From Heteronotia binoei (Eukaryota), in the NCBI RefSeq assembly GCF_032191835.1, contig NC_083228.1:30504001-30568000 (forward strand): a DNA stretch of 64,000 bases, written 5' to 3'. This document shows positions 1 to 11,133 of the stretch, piece by piece (position 1 is the first letter of the stretch; each line of letters begins with the position of its first letter). A model generated the notes under the pieces. That model ran no database searches. It was not told where the DNA came from and saw nothing but the letters and a program-made list of their open reading frames with translations. A program made the translations under genes and the position numbers.

Positions 1-467
1 GCTCTTGACACTTCTGCCCAGGACCTGCTGAAACCTGAAACTGGCCCTGACTTTCATTTATCTGGTTCCTCCAGTGGAACTCATCTTGGTAATCTGGAGA
101 TCTGATGCAGTTCCTGGAGAACTGCAGGCCCCTGCTGGAGGCTGGGCAACACTCCTGACTCTGTTGAGCAGTTGCAGACACCCACAGCCAGAGCACCTGC
201 TTTCTCAGGCGCAGCCCAGTTCTTTGAAACAGGTTGCCAGAGGCTGCCTGGAGGCTGCTATCTTTGTGACTGGCTTTTTGCCCAGCCTGCAGAACTGTCC
301 TCTTTCAGAAGTCTTCTTCTGCATGATCTCTTTGGACTGACCATTGTTTTTATTAGGTTTCTTGGCAGGTTACCCTAATGGTATGATTTTGGCTAACTGG
401 CAACCACTCAGATTTTCGGATAATGCAGGTTAGAAAATTTGAAATAAACAGATGAAGAGGGAATTTT

Positions 468-1150
468 ATTTTGGTGTAGTCACTGAAATGTTGGGCTAGG
501 ATTTGAAAAACCAAGGTTCAAATCCAGATTCTGCCACAAATAGGGTTGACAGGGATCCCCCAGTTTGGAGGTCTTCACCCCACATCAGGATCATCAGAAA
601 GCAGTGCGGGGAGGGAAATGTCCGCACTCCATTATTCCGTATGAAGACCAATTCCCATAGGGTATAATGGAGATTTGATCTGTGGGTATCTGGGGGGGGC
701 TGTCTTTTGAGGTAGAGGAACCAAATTTTCACCATAGCATCCAGTGCCTCTCCCCAAAACACCCTCCAAATTTCAAAAAGATTGGACCAAGGGGTCCAAT
801 TCTATGAGTCCCAAAAGAAGGTGCCCCTACCTTTCATTTTTTTCCAATGGAGTGAAGGCATTTAAAAGGTGTGCAATCCCTTTAAATCTGATGGCCAGAA
901 CTCCTTTTGGAGTGCAGTTATGCTTGTCATAACCTTGCTCCTGCTCCACCCCCAATGTCCCCTGGCTCCACCCCCAAAGTCCCCAGATATTTCTTGAATT
1001 GGACTTGGCAAGCCTAGCCACAAAACTTGCTGGATGATGCTCAGCCCGTCACACATACTTGATCCAACCTACCTCATAGGAGTGTCGTGAGGATAAAATT
1101 GAGATGGGAGGATGTTGTCTGAGCCCCATGAAACGGGGTGATTTAAAACG
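468..1150 (+). mobile_element. Old MIR/Squam3-like tRNA-CORE SINE, split by a hAT MITE (SINE parts about 468-540 and 1017-1150)
   Basis: tRNA-like head (tttggtgtagtc...ggttcaaatcc) before the insert; cctacctcatagg...gtgaggataaaa body after it. Confidence 0.6.
541..1016. mobile_element. Non-autonomous hAT (Blackjack-like, TAGGGTTGCCA TIR) element
   Basis: Ends tagggttgaca / tggcaagccta; perfect 8-bp TSD gccacaaa (533-540, 1017-1024); same family as 22929-23611. Confidence 0.85.
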
Positions 1151-1959
1151 CAGTGTACAGACAGAAAGCTGGAGCTACAGGAAGACCTGTTAGGATTATA
1201 GTTCTTCGTGGACATTTCCTTGGTCTGTATATGGCAGAACTGGCTGTCTGAACTGCTGAAAGAAAACTAAAATCCCAGTAAGCAGATATAAACCTGCTTG
1301 TGTCTGTTAAAGCAACATTTTGGATCTTGTTGGCTAATATTTCAGAAATCTTACAGCATCATCCTAAAACAGAGTTACCCTTTTTCCAAGGGGGTAGTTC
1401 TGTTTAGGATTGCTCTGATCAGGTGTAATGTTATTTCTGTTCTAGCTTGGGCAAAGGACGGGGGTGGGAGGGAGGAAGATAGCTGCTGACAAGTCATTTG
1501 TTTTTAATCCCTCTAACCCAGCAAGGAAGTGGAAGCGTGATAAGGAAAGGTTACATTTGGGGGGGGGGGGGGAATCCACTTATGCGGAACTGCAGATATG
1601 AAAATGCACGAGCTGTTTTCCAAAACATCAAATACCTTTCTCATTTATTAGCATAATTCTTCGTTCCAGGAAGGCCCATGATGATAGCAGCACTTCAGAG
1701 ATTTTTTTCAGGGAGGCAACTCGGTGACCACTTGGACATGTATAAATCGACAGGCCTCAATGGGACTACTTAGCTAAGTGATCTGCAAAGCTTCCCCTTA
1801 GGCTGGCCACCTGCTAAGTGTTTTACCAATTCTACCACTGAGTTCATACAGGCCGCTTCACACTTTCAGCCCCTTTTCTGTGACTGTGATGTGTGTGCCT
1901 GAAAAAACAAAGGCGGTTTTGTTCATTTATTTATAACAATTTCACACTGCCTTTGCCTT

Positions 1960-2165
1960 ATGGTTGCCAACTGCAGGTTGGGAAATTCCTGGAGATTTGG
2001 GAGTTAGAGCCTGCGGACAGAGGGCTTTGGGAAGGAAAGAGACCTCAATGGGGTATCAAACCCTAGGCTTACCCTCCAAAGAAGCCATTTGCTCCAGGCA
2101 AATGGATAGTCTGGTGATATGATTCTGGGAGATCTCCAGGCCCCACTGGGATGTTGGCAACCCTA
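1960..2165. mobile_element. Short TAGGGTTGCCA-family hAT MITE
   Basis: tatggttgcca...tggcaacccta; decayed TSD ctttgcct/cttatcct. Confidence 0.65.
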
Positions 2166-2188
2166 CTTATCCTTACTAGGGTCTAGGG

Positions 2189-2816
2189 CAGAGGTGTCGA
2201 ATTCATTTGTTATGAGGGCCGGCTCTGACATAAATGAGACCTTGTTGGGCCGGACCATGTTGAGTTGGGCCAAGCCATGTTGGGCTGGCCATGTATGTAC
2301 CTATTTAAGGTTAGGTAGCAGAGATATAAACTTTATGAAGGACACAAATACAATTACATATATATTTTAACAAACTTAAAACATGCTTAGAACATTAGCA
2401 TGTTGGTCTTTAAAGGTGCTTTCTTTGTATTTCTCCCATGGGATCCAGGGAACTGGGCAAAGGAAGCTCTGGCTTTTTCCTTCCTTCCCCAGGGGACCAG
2501 GAGGGGGAGGAGCCTCAGCCAATAGAAGGAAGAGAGGCTTGGCTCAGTAGCTCTACTGTGCAATTGAGAGAGCCTGGCAAAGCAAGCTCTCCATCCTCCC
2601 TTTCCACCCCAAGGAAGGAGCCTCAGCCAAAGGAGAAAATAGAGCTTTTGCTCTGTAGCTCCTGTGCAATTGAGCAAGCCTTGCAAAGCAAGCTGTGATG
2701 CAGAAGGAAGCAAGAGAGAGGGAGAAGGAAGCAGATGACAGCCAGTTGCTTGGGGGCCTGATAGGAGCCCTCCGGGGGCCTGATTCGGCCCCTGGATTGC
2801 ATGTTTAACACCCCTG
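2189..2816. mobile_element. hAT (Charlie-like, CAGGGGTGTC TIR) non-autonomous element
   Basis: cagaggtgtcgaa...tttaacacccctg; perfect TSD gtctaggg; sister copy at 52283-52868. Confidence 0.85.
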
Positions 2817-3099
2817 GTCTAGGGGGTGGCTTGCAAAAGTTAAACATGCATGCATAATGAATATTTATTTATTTATTGCACTTATATCAGTCCACAATAT
2901 TCCATTGCAAGATTTCCCAAGGAAACAGAAACATCAGAGTAGGTAGTTCTGGTAGGCTCACTGTCATCACTGAGCTTCAATTCAAAAAGATTTGCAGTCT
3001 GGCTACAAGCCATCAAACTCATAGCCAGGTGGTATTTACCACCTATGTATAATGCATCGTATGGATAATCAGATTTCACCTTACTGTAAAAAGCAATAT

Positions 3100-3640
3100 G
3101 GAAGCTTAGCCAATTTCATATCCTGTGGTGGTTATGTTCATCTATACAAACCTTTTAGAACTAGGTAATTGATAACATAAAGGACATTACAAACATAAAA
3201 TTGCCTTGTACTCCTGAAGTGGTACTTCTGGAAAATTGGACAACTCTTCACATAGATGATTCAAAGAAAGATCTTATTTCTATCTTATCATCTATAGCCA
3301 AAACTCTGACTGCAGCAAAATGGTTAGATAAAAATCCACCCACGATCCAACAGTGGTTAATAAAAATATGGGACTATTTCATTCTTTCAAAAATGGCTTA
3401 TGCATACTCCAACTTATCCCCTAAAAATTACAAAAAAAAAAGTTGTGGCAGTGTCATACCCATATTTAATACAATACGATATAATTTTAAAAAACCTATT
3501 TGCATTTAGATATGATTTATTTTTAGTTCATGTTGGTTTTATTTACAGATTAAAGTTCCTCTTTAAGTAATGAGGATTAAGTATCTGAATTGTATGTAAA
3601 AGTATTTACTAATGATTGCTCATTTCTGGTTTTGTATATC
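3100..3640 (+). mobile_element. L1-clade LINE 3' remnant (ORF2 C-terminus)
   Basis: Degenerate H..W.C...Q.F...V...I..IT..K.PCTPEVVLL...AAKW....PPTIQQW..KIWDY pattern (ORF 3201..3509), followed by an AT-rich tail. Confidence 0.65.
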
Positions 3641-4686
3641 TAGTAAATTCATAGATGGAAAACTACAAAAGTTATTAATAATTCAGGTAGGCTCATCCAA
3701 TGTAGAGTTGCCACTGCCAGCCCACAGTCAGGAGCATTTAAGGGGTGGAGACTGGCATGCCAGCATCACACTGACATGCTGACATCATTTCCAGTTTTCA
3801 CCAGAAGTGACATCAAAACACCATCCAAGCCCCGTTTATTCCTGCTGGCATTCCAGGCGAAACAGATGAGGTTGTCAGGAGACCCAGCAACCATAGCAAG
3901 CCCTATAGAGCTTTAATGGTCAACACCATCACCTTGAATTGTGCCAGGAATCAGATTGGAAGCCAGTGTAGACAGGCCGAGTCTGGAGCGATGTGGGCCC
4001 TGCGACCTGCTCTCATCAACATCTTGGCTGCAGCATTCTGTGCCACTGGAAGTTTCCAAGCAGTTTTCAAGGGCAACCCCCTAGATCTGGCCTATTCTTT
4101 TTTTTTTGCAGCCTGAAAAACAGCAAAATCCAAGTAGATGATCTGTTTTAATTGCTACTTACCTTCCTGCTATTTGAATAAGACAAAGCAGCAAATGGCC
4201 CCAGTGTAATCGCTAAATGGAGCAGAGGCGGGTTGTTCAGAATGTGACAAATCAAGACCAAAAAAAGCTGCACAGAGTTTGGACAGGAGCAATTAGTTCC
4301 ATGCTGTTGGCCACTCCTCAACCCGCCTTTGTTGCCCGGGGCAGCCTCAGCCTTGAGCTGCAGCTTATTTGCTCTGCCGATCAGATTCAGAGTCATTGCT
4401 ATGCCAAGCAGGCATGTCCCTTGCCACTCATCCGTGCCTGTGTTAAAAGCGGAAGCTCTTAATTTGCTGGGATCATTATTTATGTTTTTGAACTCCCATT
4501 AACACTCCAAAGTTAAGACAGATTGATCCTGTTTTCATTTTGTTTCCCTTTAATCAACAGAATAATTAGCTAAGTATCAATTGCGAGATCGCTGTTCATG
4601 CAAATTCCCGCCCGTTGCTCTTGCCTGCTCTCATTTTAAAATATGATGAGTTTAGCTCTCCTTAATTTGCACACTGAGCTTTAACT

Positions 4687-5090
4687 TAGGGTTGCCAACC
4701 TCCAGGCTGTGTCTAGAGATCCCCCGGAATTACAACTGATTTCCAGATAGGGTTGCCAGCCTCCAGGTGGGGCTTGGAGATCTCCTGCTTTTACAACTGA
4801 TCTCCAGCTGGCCTGAAATCAGCTCTCTTGGAGAAAATGTCTGCTTTGAAGGGTGGACTCTGTGGCATTGTACCATGCTGAAGCCCCTCCCCTCCCCAAA
4901 CCCCACCCTCTCCTGGATCCACCCGCAAGGTCTCCAGGTATTTTCCAACACAGACCTGGCAACCCTATCTCCAGAGATCAGTTCAGTTGAAGAAAATGGA
5001 CTCCTTGTCTCTTCCATACCCACACCATGCCCTTCCCAGACTTCAGCCTCAGTTGTCCAGGGAATTCCCAACGTAGAGATGGCAACCTGA
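4687..5090. mobile_element. Nested TAGGGTTGCCA hAT MITEs (inner copy 4748-4967)
   Basis: Inner tagggttgcca...tggcaacccta flanked by tttccaga/tctccaga (7/8 TSD), inside a related outer MITE. Confidence 0.8.
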
Positions 5091-5398
5091 AGCTTTGTCA
5101 ACTAGCAGAAGCCTAGTCAGATTTCCTGATGGGAGGGAGCAAGACACAGCAAAAGCCAACATATATTCAAGTTTAAGTTGCAGCTCATTCACACATGCCA
5201 ATAAGGTAACTTTAGCAAATGTAGAGCTGTAAGAATATAGGCTGTTGGGCAACTACTTAACCTACATATAGGGAAGATTGTATGTAGCTAGTGTGCTGGC
5301 TGTAACTTTGGCAGGATGTGGAACACAAGGGGTGGTCATTTTTAAGGCAGCAGAAAGAGGCAGTATACCTTTTCAGAACCCTCATGTTTGCTCCAAAT

Positions 5399-5676
5399 GA
5401 GAGCCAGTTTGGTGTAGTGGTTAAATGTGCAGACTCTTATCTGGGAGAACCGGGTTTGATTCCCCACTACTCCTCTTGCACCTGCTAGCATGGCCTTGGG
5501 TCAGCCATAGCTCTGGCAGAGGTTGTCCTTGAAAGGGCAGCTGCTGTAAGAGCCCTCTCAGCCCCACCCACCTCACAGGGTGTCTGTTGTGGGGGGGGAG
5601 GTAAAGGAGATTGTGAGCCGCTCTGAGACTGAGATTGAGAGTGAAGGGCGGGATACAAATCCAGTTCTTCTTCTTC
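5399..5676 (+). mobile_element. Squam3-like (gecko-type) tRNA SINE with L2-derived tail
   Basis: tRNA A/B boxes (tggtgtagtgg; gggtttgattccc), shared body, tail ttgtgagccgctctgag...agggcgggatacaaat + (TTC)n; five near-full copies in window. Confidence 0.8.
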
Positions 5677-6193
5677 GCTAGAAGGCCTCACCTGAAGAAG
5701 CAAAAGGCAGCAGGAGCTACATAGAAAGTAAATTCTTATTCAGGAGATTCTTGCCGAGCTCGTTTTTTTCTTTGTCAACTCAATTTCTCTACTCTAGAGC
5801 CTGCTTCCTAGCTCTACGAACTCAAATTATTTCCTCTGGATTGTATTACATCCATACAATCTCTTTTGATTCAACCTGATTTATTCTACTCGGAGTCCTC
5901 TTACCCTCTGTTGGCTGCCAAGAAAGGCATCCCATAGAACTTCACTTCACATTAGAGGCCTACTTCTGAGGGACTGTGGTTGGGCCAGACCCTGCAGCAA
6001 AACAGCACTGCTAGGACACTGCTAGGTGCTCCAGCCACAGGAGCTACTGTGCCAAACAAAATCCTAATGCATTCCCTGAAAGCTCCCCTCTTAATTAACA
6101 GGGAGTAAGGCAGTGACTTGATAAGCTGCCACCCATCTTCAGACTCTGGACCTAGATAAGGGGAAGGAGTTGGCTGCGGGAAGGTACCCTGTC

Positions 6194-6925
6194 TGTTACC
6201 GGCAATGCCTTTAGTCTCTTATGTTTAATGGGGAAATTAGTTAAGAGACTCGGTAGAGCGATTTAGGAACAAAAGATCTTTGCTTTCAATGATACGGAGT
6301 TTGGGTTTTCAGCCAAGAATAGTCCAAGCAATTGTATTTTCTAATGTTTTACTTAAGATATGTAATAAGAGGATTTACACACACAGGTTCACGAACAAGC
6401 ACTCAAGAGACTAGGAAAAATAGAGGTTATCAATAGAGGAATGTAAGGGTTGCTGAGGCGGGTAATATTCACCTGATCCAGAAGAGGAGATATCCGTTCA
6501 GTGGAAAGATACATAGAGAGGCACAAGCACGACCAGCATGAAATGCGTATAGACCCAATTACAGGAGTAACGGGGGGTATAGACTGCAAATGGCCCCCAA
6601 CAGAATGCACACCGAAATGCATTTTGAGCCATACTATATAGGGGTCCAACGGATGGGGATCGTTAGTTACCAAGGGGTCCTTGATGGTCCAACAATGACT
6701 TTCTTGAATAGCTACTTAATTAAAACAATAGATTGGGAATTCCACACATTCACTATAATGACGGGCTCAGACGTGACTGAATGATTCGTTGCCGGTTTTT
6801 AGCTGACACTCAGGAAAAGATCCTTTAGAAAAGCAAAGACCTTGAGTGGTAGGATGAGTCAAATCATGCATTTGAATGGAAGTGGCAGAGTAGAGGTGAT
6901 GGGTCGAAGGAAGAGGCCATTGACA
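6194..6925. mobile_element. Possible solo LTR
   Basis: TGTTAC...TGACA ends and LTR-like composition, but no TSD at these ends; an alternative right end at 7351 gives a 6-bp cctgtc duplication with a poor TIR. Confidence 0.3.
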
Positions 6926-8060
6926 GGTAGCAGAAGATCAGAGCGAGAATAACTTACCAGCAGTTCCCATGTTATTATGCATCCTGTTTGGGCATAAGCA
7001 TTGAGGGGTGGAATAGGTGAGACTACACTGAGAGGCAGACTTCAGGCACCAACCAGAACAAGCTCTCTGCAGGGTCCACTCCACTTTTAGGTGGAGTGTT
7101 TTTTTGGCCTGTTTTTGGTCGGACTCCATTTTGTTTCCAGGAATAGGAGACCCACACTCTCTCTCTAGGCACTGGGGTACTCCATTTTATCAGGCAGTGC
7201 CTCTCAATAACATGTCCGACATTGCTCTTGGGTACCTGTTCATTGTGGGGGAAAAGTGGGTGTGATGGTACAATCCTGCTTTGACCTGCAGGCCCGATTC
7301 CACTGTGCCCCGCCCAGGTGTCTGGGTCCCAGTAGCTGCTCAAGGTCTCCACCTGTCAACTGCCACCCAGCCCTGGAGAGCCTTTTTCTCTTTGTTCAAC
7401 CACTGCCACCACCTGGCCTTTGTAGGAATTGCCCACTGAGAGAGCCAGAGCTCCCAGCTCCTTTGCCCTGCAGTAGCAGGATTGGGTGATTCACAAATTT
7501 AATAAATGATAAAATGATTTCTCTTTCTCCTCCCACTGACTAGGTCTGGCCAGATCAAAGAACTTTCTCCTGAAGTCTTCCTAGCACCTTAAGTCTTCTA
7601 GATCGTCAGTTCTCTGTTCCCTGCTAGATATCACCTGTCTAGCTGTGGGGAGGGAAGCTTGGCCATCCCATTATTTCTCATTAGACCTTATTAGCATTTC
7701 TAAAAGGGTGGCTGACTTGAGACTGGAAAGCAATGGAATTGACTCTTCCGCCTGCTGTGCCAAGATAGAGAAAAACTTTGTTAAACTCAAGGTAAAGGTT
7801 TTGCTCAGCTCAGAGTTCCATAAAAAATGCATTTCTCCACACTGGGAATCAGAGAACAAAGGGTCTTTCAGAGACACCTGTCCTCCACTGCCCTTCTTCT
7901 TACTGAGGGACCCCAGTGAGCTTCTAAGAATCTTAGGAGTCACTAGTCAGAAATCTGAGCGCTCCTGCTCTTGTCTTCTGTCCCATAAGATTTAACAGGG
8001 AAAGTTTTCTATATGAGGTTCTTTGGTATAACAATTTGAGCAAGTTTTTAGGGTATAAAG

Positions 8061-8354
8061 CAGGAGTGGCCAAACTTGCTTCATGTAAGAGCCACATAGA
8101 ATAAATGTCAGATGTTTGAGAGCCAGAAGACAGAAGGAAGGACAATAGATTGGGGGAAGGAGATGGAGGTGGAAAGAAAGCAACTTTAACTTTAAATGCA
8201 TTCTCCAAGCCGCCAGCTGGCTTGGCTTGGAGAATGCATTTAAAGGGGGAAATGCCTTCTCCAGGTTGGCCAATGAGGTGCTGGAGGTTTAGAGAGCCAC
8301 ACAATATGTGGAAGGAGCCACATGAGGCTCCTGAGCCACCGTTTGGCCGCCCCG
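8061..8354. mobile_element. hAT MITE (CAGGGGTGGCCAAAC family)
   Basis: caggagtggccaaac...gtttggccgccccg; TSD gtataaag/gtataaca; homologous to 20635-20948 and 48393-48830. Confidence 0.8.
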
Positions 8355-9086
8355 GTATAACATTTTAGGGTCAACTCAAATGATAAGCAAGTTTTTAGGG
8401 TCAATTCAAACCACAGCAAATCCAAATTATTTTCTATAGCAAATTCAGATTATTTATTAAGTCTCTGACTTCCTAGAAGTGAAAAGCTCTCATTTGAAAA
8501 CAGATCTTGGAGATGTATTCTATAAATTTTCCTTTTTTAAAAAAATGAATGGAGCTATTGGTGTTGGCTATCACTGATTGACAGCTGTCATTTGACACTG
8601 CTCCCACTGCCCCTTCAAGTGCTTTCAGCTAGGAAGCTAGTCAAGAACTCACCAATAACTTCAAAGAATCCCTTTGCGACTACTTGGAAAGTCAGCAGAG
8701 AGCAATTTCCAAGCTCTCCCAAGCTGCAGCTGCAAAAAGAAACATGAGGTTCATCTGCTCCAAAACAGCATGAAGCCTTTCATGAATGCAGATGGTGCCT
8801 TCTGCATCTTTTTAAATACTGTCTGCGTGGCTCGCATACTAAACCCTACTTTGGTGCCTTATTCTTACAAGAATAATGTCTTACAACAACAGCAACAACA
8901 ACAAACCTCTACACCAAATTCTGCAGCCTGTATGCATTGCAGAAATTGATTGAGTGTATTTATGATCTGTGTTTTGTTTAAATGGTTGCATAATTTATTT
9001 TGTTTCTGCTAGAGAGACAAGGCATGCAAAACACTGCAACCTTGCTCTTTTACTGCTTGAAATTTTACATGACAATCACTTGCAAG

Positions 9087-9308
9087 CAGGGTTGCCAACC
9101 TCCAGGCGGGGCCTGGAGATATCCCGCTTTTACAACCAATCTCCAGCTGGCAGAGATCAGCTCTCCTGGAGAAAATAGTGTTGAAGAGTGGACGCTATGG
9201 CATTGTACCATGCTGAGGCCCCTCCCCTCCCAAACCCCACTCTCTCCTGGATCCATCCCTGAAGTCTCCAGACTCCAGGTATTTTCCAACACAGACCTGG
9301 CAACCCTA
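9087..9308. mobile_element. Short TAGGGTTGCCA-family hAT MITE
   Basis: cagggttgcca...tggcaacccta; close to the 4748-4967 copy. Confidence 0.8.
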
Positions 9309-9732
9309 CCTGCATAGTTTCACTAGGTATTGTCTTAACATATTCAGTGTTTGCTATCAAAGGGGATAGAAACTTAATTTTTGTTTAATGACACCTGCCA
9401 TTCTCAGCTCTGTAATTCTCACTAACCTCTCTGGCCATTCTCTGCCCCTTCAGAATGCTTCAGATCAACAAGCCCACCCCCACCCCCCCTTCAAGCAACC
9501 AGTAATAGAAAGAAGCTGCAAACATTTGGCAGCAGAAGAGAGTTTCTGCAGGCCTTTCTGGAGAAAAAAAAGCTTCTTCCCTAAAAAGACATTTCATGGC
9601 AACAATTTCTAAAAGGCACTTTTAAAACTGTGGCACACAGCTAGGCCAGAGAACAAATATCTCTTTGGAAGTGTGGATTCGAGATCATAAGGGGAGTGGA
9701 GACACCTAGAGGAAAACGGCAAACATTGAGGA

Positions 9733-9870
9733 TTGAGTCCAGTGGCACCTTTAAGACCAACAAGGTTTAATGCTGAGTATAAGCAGAATTAAACGTTGTT
9801 GGTCTTAAAGGTGCTACTGGACTCAAATTTTGTTCTGTTGCTTCAGACCAGCGTGGCTACCCGCCTGCAT
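9733..9870. mobile_element. Penelope-like element terminal remnant, inverted arms
   Basis: ttgagtccagtggcacctttaagaccaacaa ... ttgttggtcttaaaggtgctactggactcaa hairpin. Confidence 0.6.
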
Positions 9871-10387
9871 AAATTGAAGAGGATAACCTTGAAAGGTTTT
9901 TAAATAAGCTTGGAAGAGAAATTACTGTTCCTAGTAAAGCTCTCTGTTCATATTGGGGTAATAAGCACATTTCCTTCCCAAGTTATTTGTTCTTCCGTTG
10001 AAGAGTCCTTCTCTTTATTGACTAAATTCAGGTAGTTCTGAATCAGAAATTGCTTGTTCCAATGCTTAGCCCTCCCTCCACCAGCACTAGGTAATATTAT
10101 ATTATCCATTTTGGCATCCATTGTCTCTTTATTTAGCATATCATTTCAAATCAATTTCCAGTTTTGTTAACAGAGTGATCATTTTTCTTCTTCTGCCCTT
10201 TTAAGAAAACTAAGTGTTCTGTTTGGCTATAAAGAAACCTGATCAGCTGATGTTTTCAGTCATTCATTAATTTTATTTATAGCCTCCCTTTGTCACTGAG
10301 ACCACAGTCCTAGTATCTGCGGTGATTATTTGGCTTGAAATAATCTGTGCTGCCATTAAATTATTTCCATGCGTGCGTTTCATTGTG

Positions 10388-10519
10388 CAGGGCTTTTTTT
10401 TCCGGGGGTGGGGGTAGAACAAGTCCAACAAGAACTTATTTGCGTATTAGGCCACACCCCCTGATGCTAAGCCAGCTGGAACTATGTTCCTATGCATTCC
10501 AGCTCAAAAAATAGCCTTG
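10388..10519. mobile_element. hAT MITE (CAGGGCTTTTTT TIR family)
   Basis: cagggcttttttt...aaaaaatagccttg; TSD tcattgtg/ccattgtg. Confidence 0.75.
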
Positions 10520-11133
10520 CCATTGTGTACATGGATTTTGTCATTCAGATACGTCTTTGGATTCGAGGTGGAAGTTTATCTCCTAACAAGGACACGCAAG
10601 GGTTTACAATCTTTTATAGGGTGAATGTCAGATCAACAAGGCACATTTTTAGCAAATTCACACATCTATGTCACTGCAAGCGCATCTTTTTCTACCTCCG
10701 CATATTTCGTTTCTGATCAGGTGAGTGCTGAGCCCAATGTTATGTGTGTTGACATGGCTGTAGTTCTCACAGCCCAAAAGTGGCAGCAGTTTGCATCCTC
10801 CAAACAGCATTGGATTAGGTAGTACTAAGGATCTAAAGACTATCCTTTTGATGTCACTTTTGATGCTTTTTGAGCTCCTTTGATGTATTTTCACTCCCTT
10901 TGTGGTTTTCCGATTGTTGTCGAAATTGGTACAGATAAGTAGCCATTCCAGGAAATCTGCACCATTGTGAGACACTGATAGGATCTGATGAGATTCTGAA
11001 TGGCTGAATGCTTGGGGATATGATAGCTCACAGAACTGGGCTGAAAATTGGCAGAGATACAACTTTCGTCAAATGTAGCTCCAGCTTTCTCTACATTTTT
11101 GGAGCATTATTTAACCCAGTGTTTCCCAACCTG

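Noticed and set aside
74-378. ORFs at the window start as a possible LRRC20 or NPFFR1 exon
   Set aside because: No similarity to either protein; partly a decayed MITE (ttcctggaga...cctgctggaggctgggcaac)
5399-5470. tRNA-like sequences (also at 11138, 39092, 40416, 50470-50539, 57513)
   Set aside because: No complete cloverleaf or acceptor stem; each continues into a shared SINE body, so they are SINE heads and not tRNA genes
10986-11010. Isolated CTGATGA boxes (also at 18064 and 59907) as hammerhead or C/D snoRNA cores
   Set aside because: No correctly placed stem II plus GAAA, and no terminal stem with a D box
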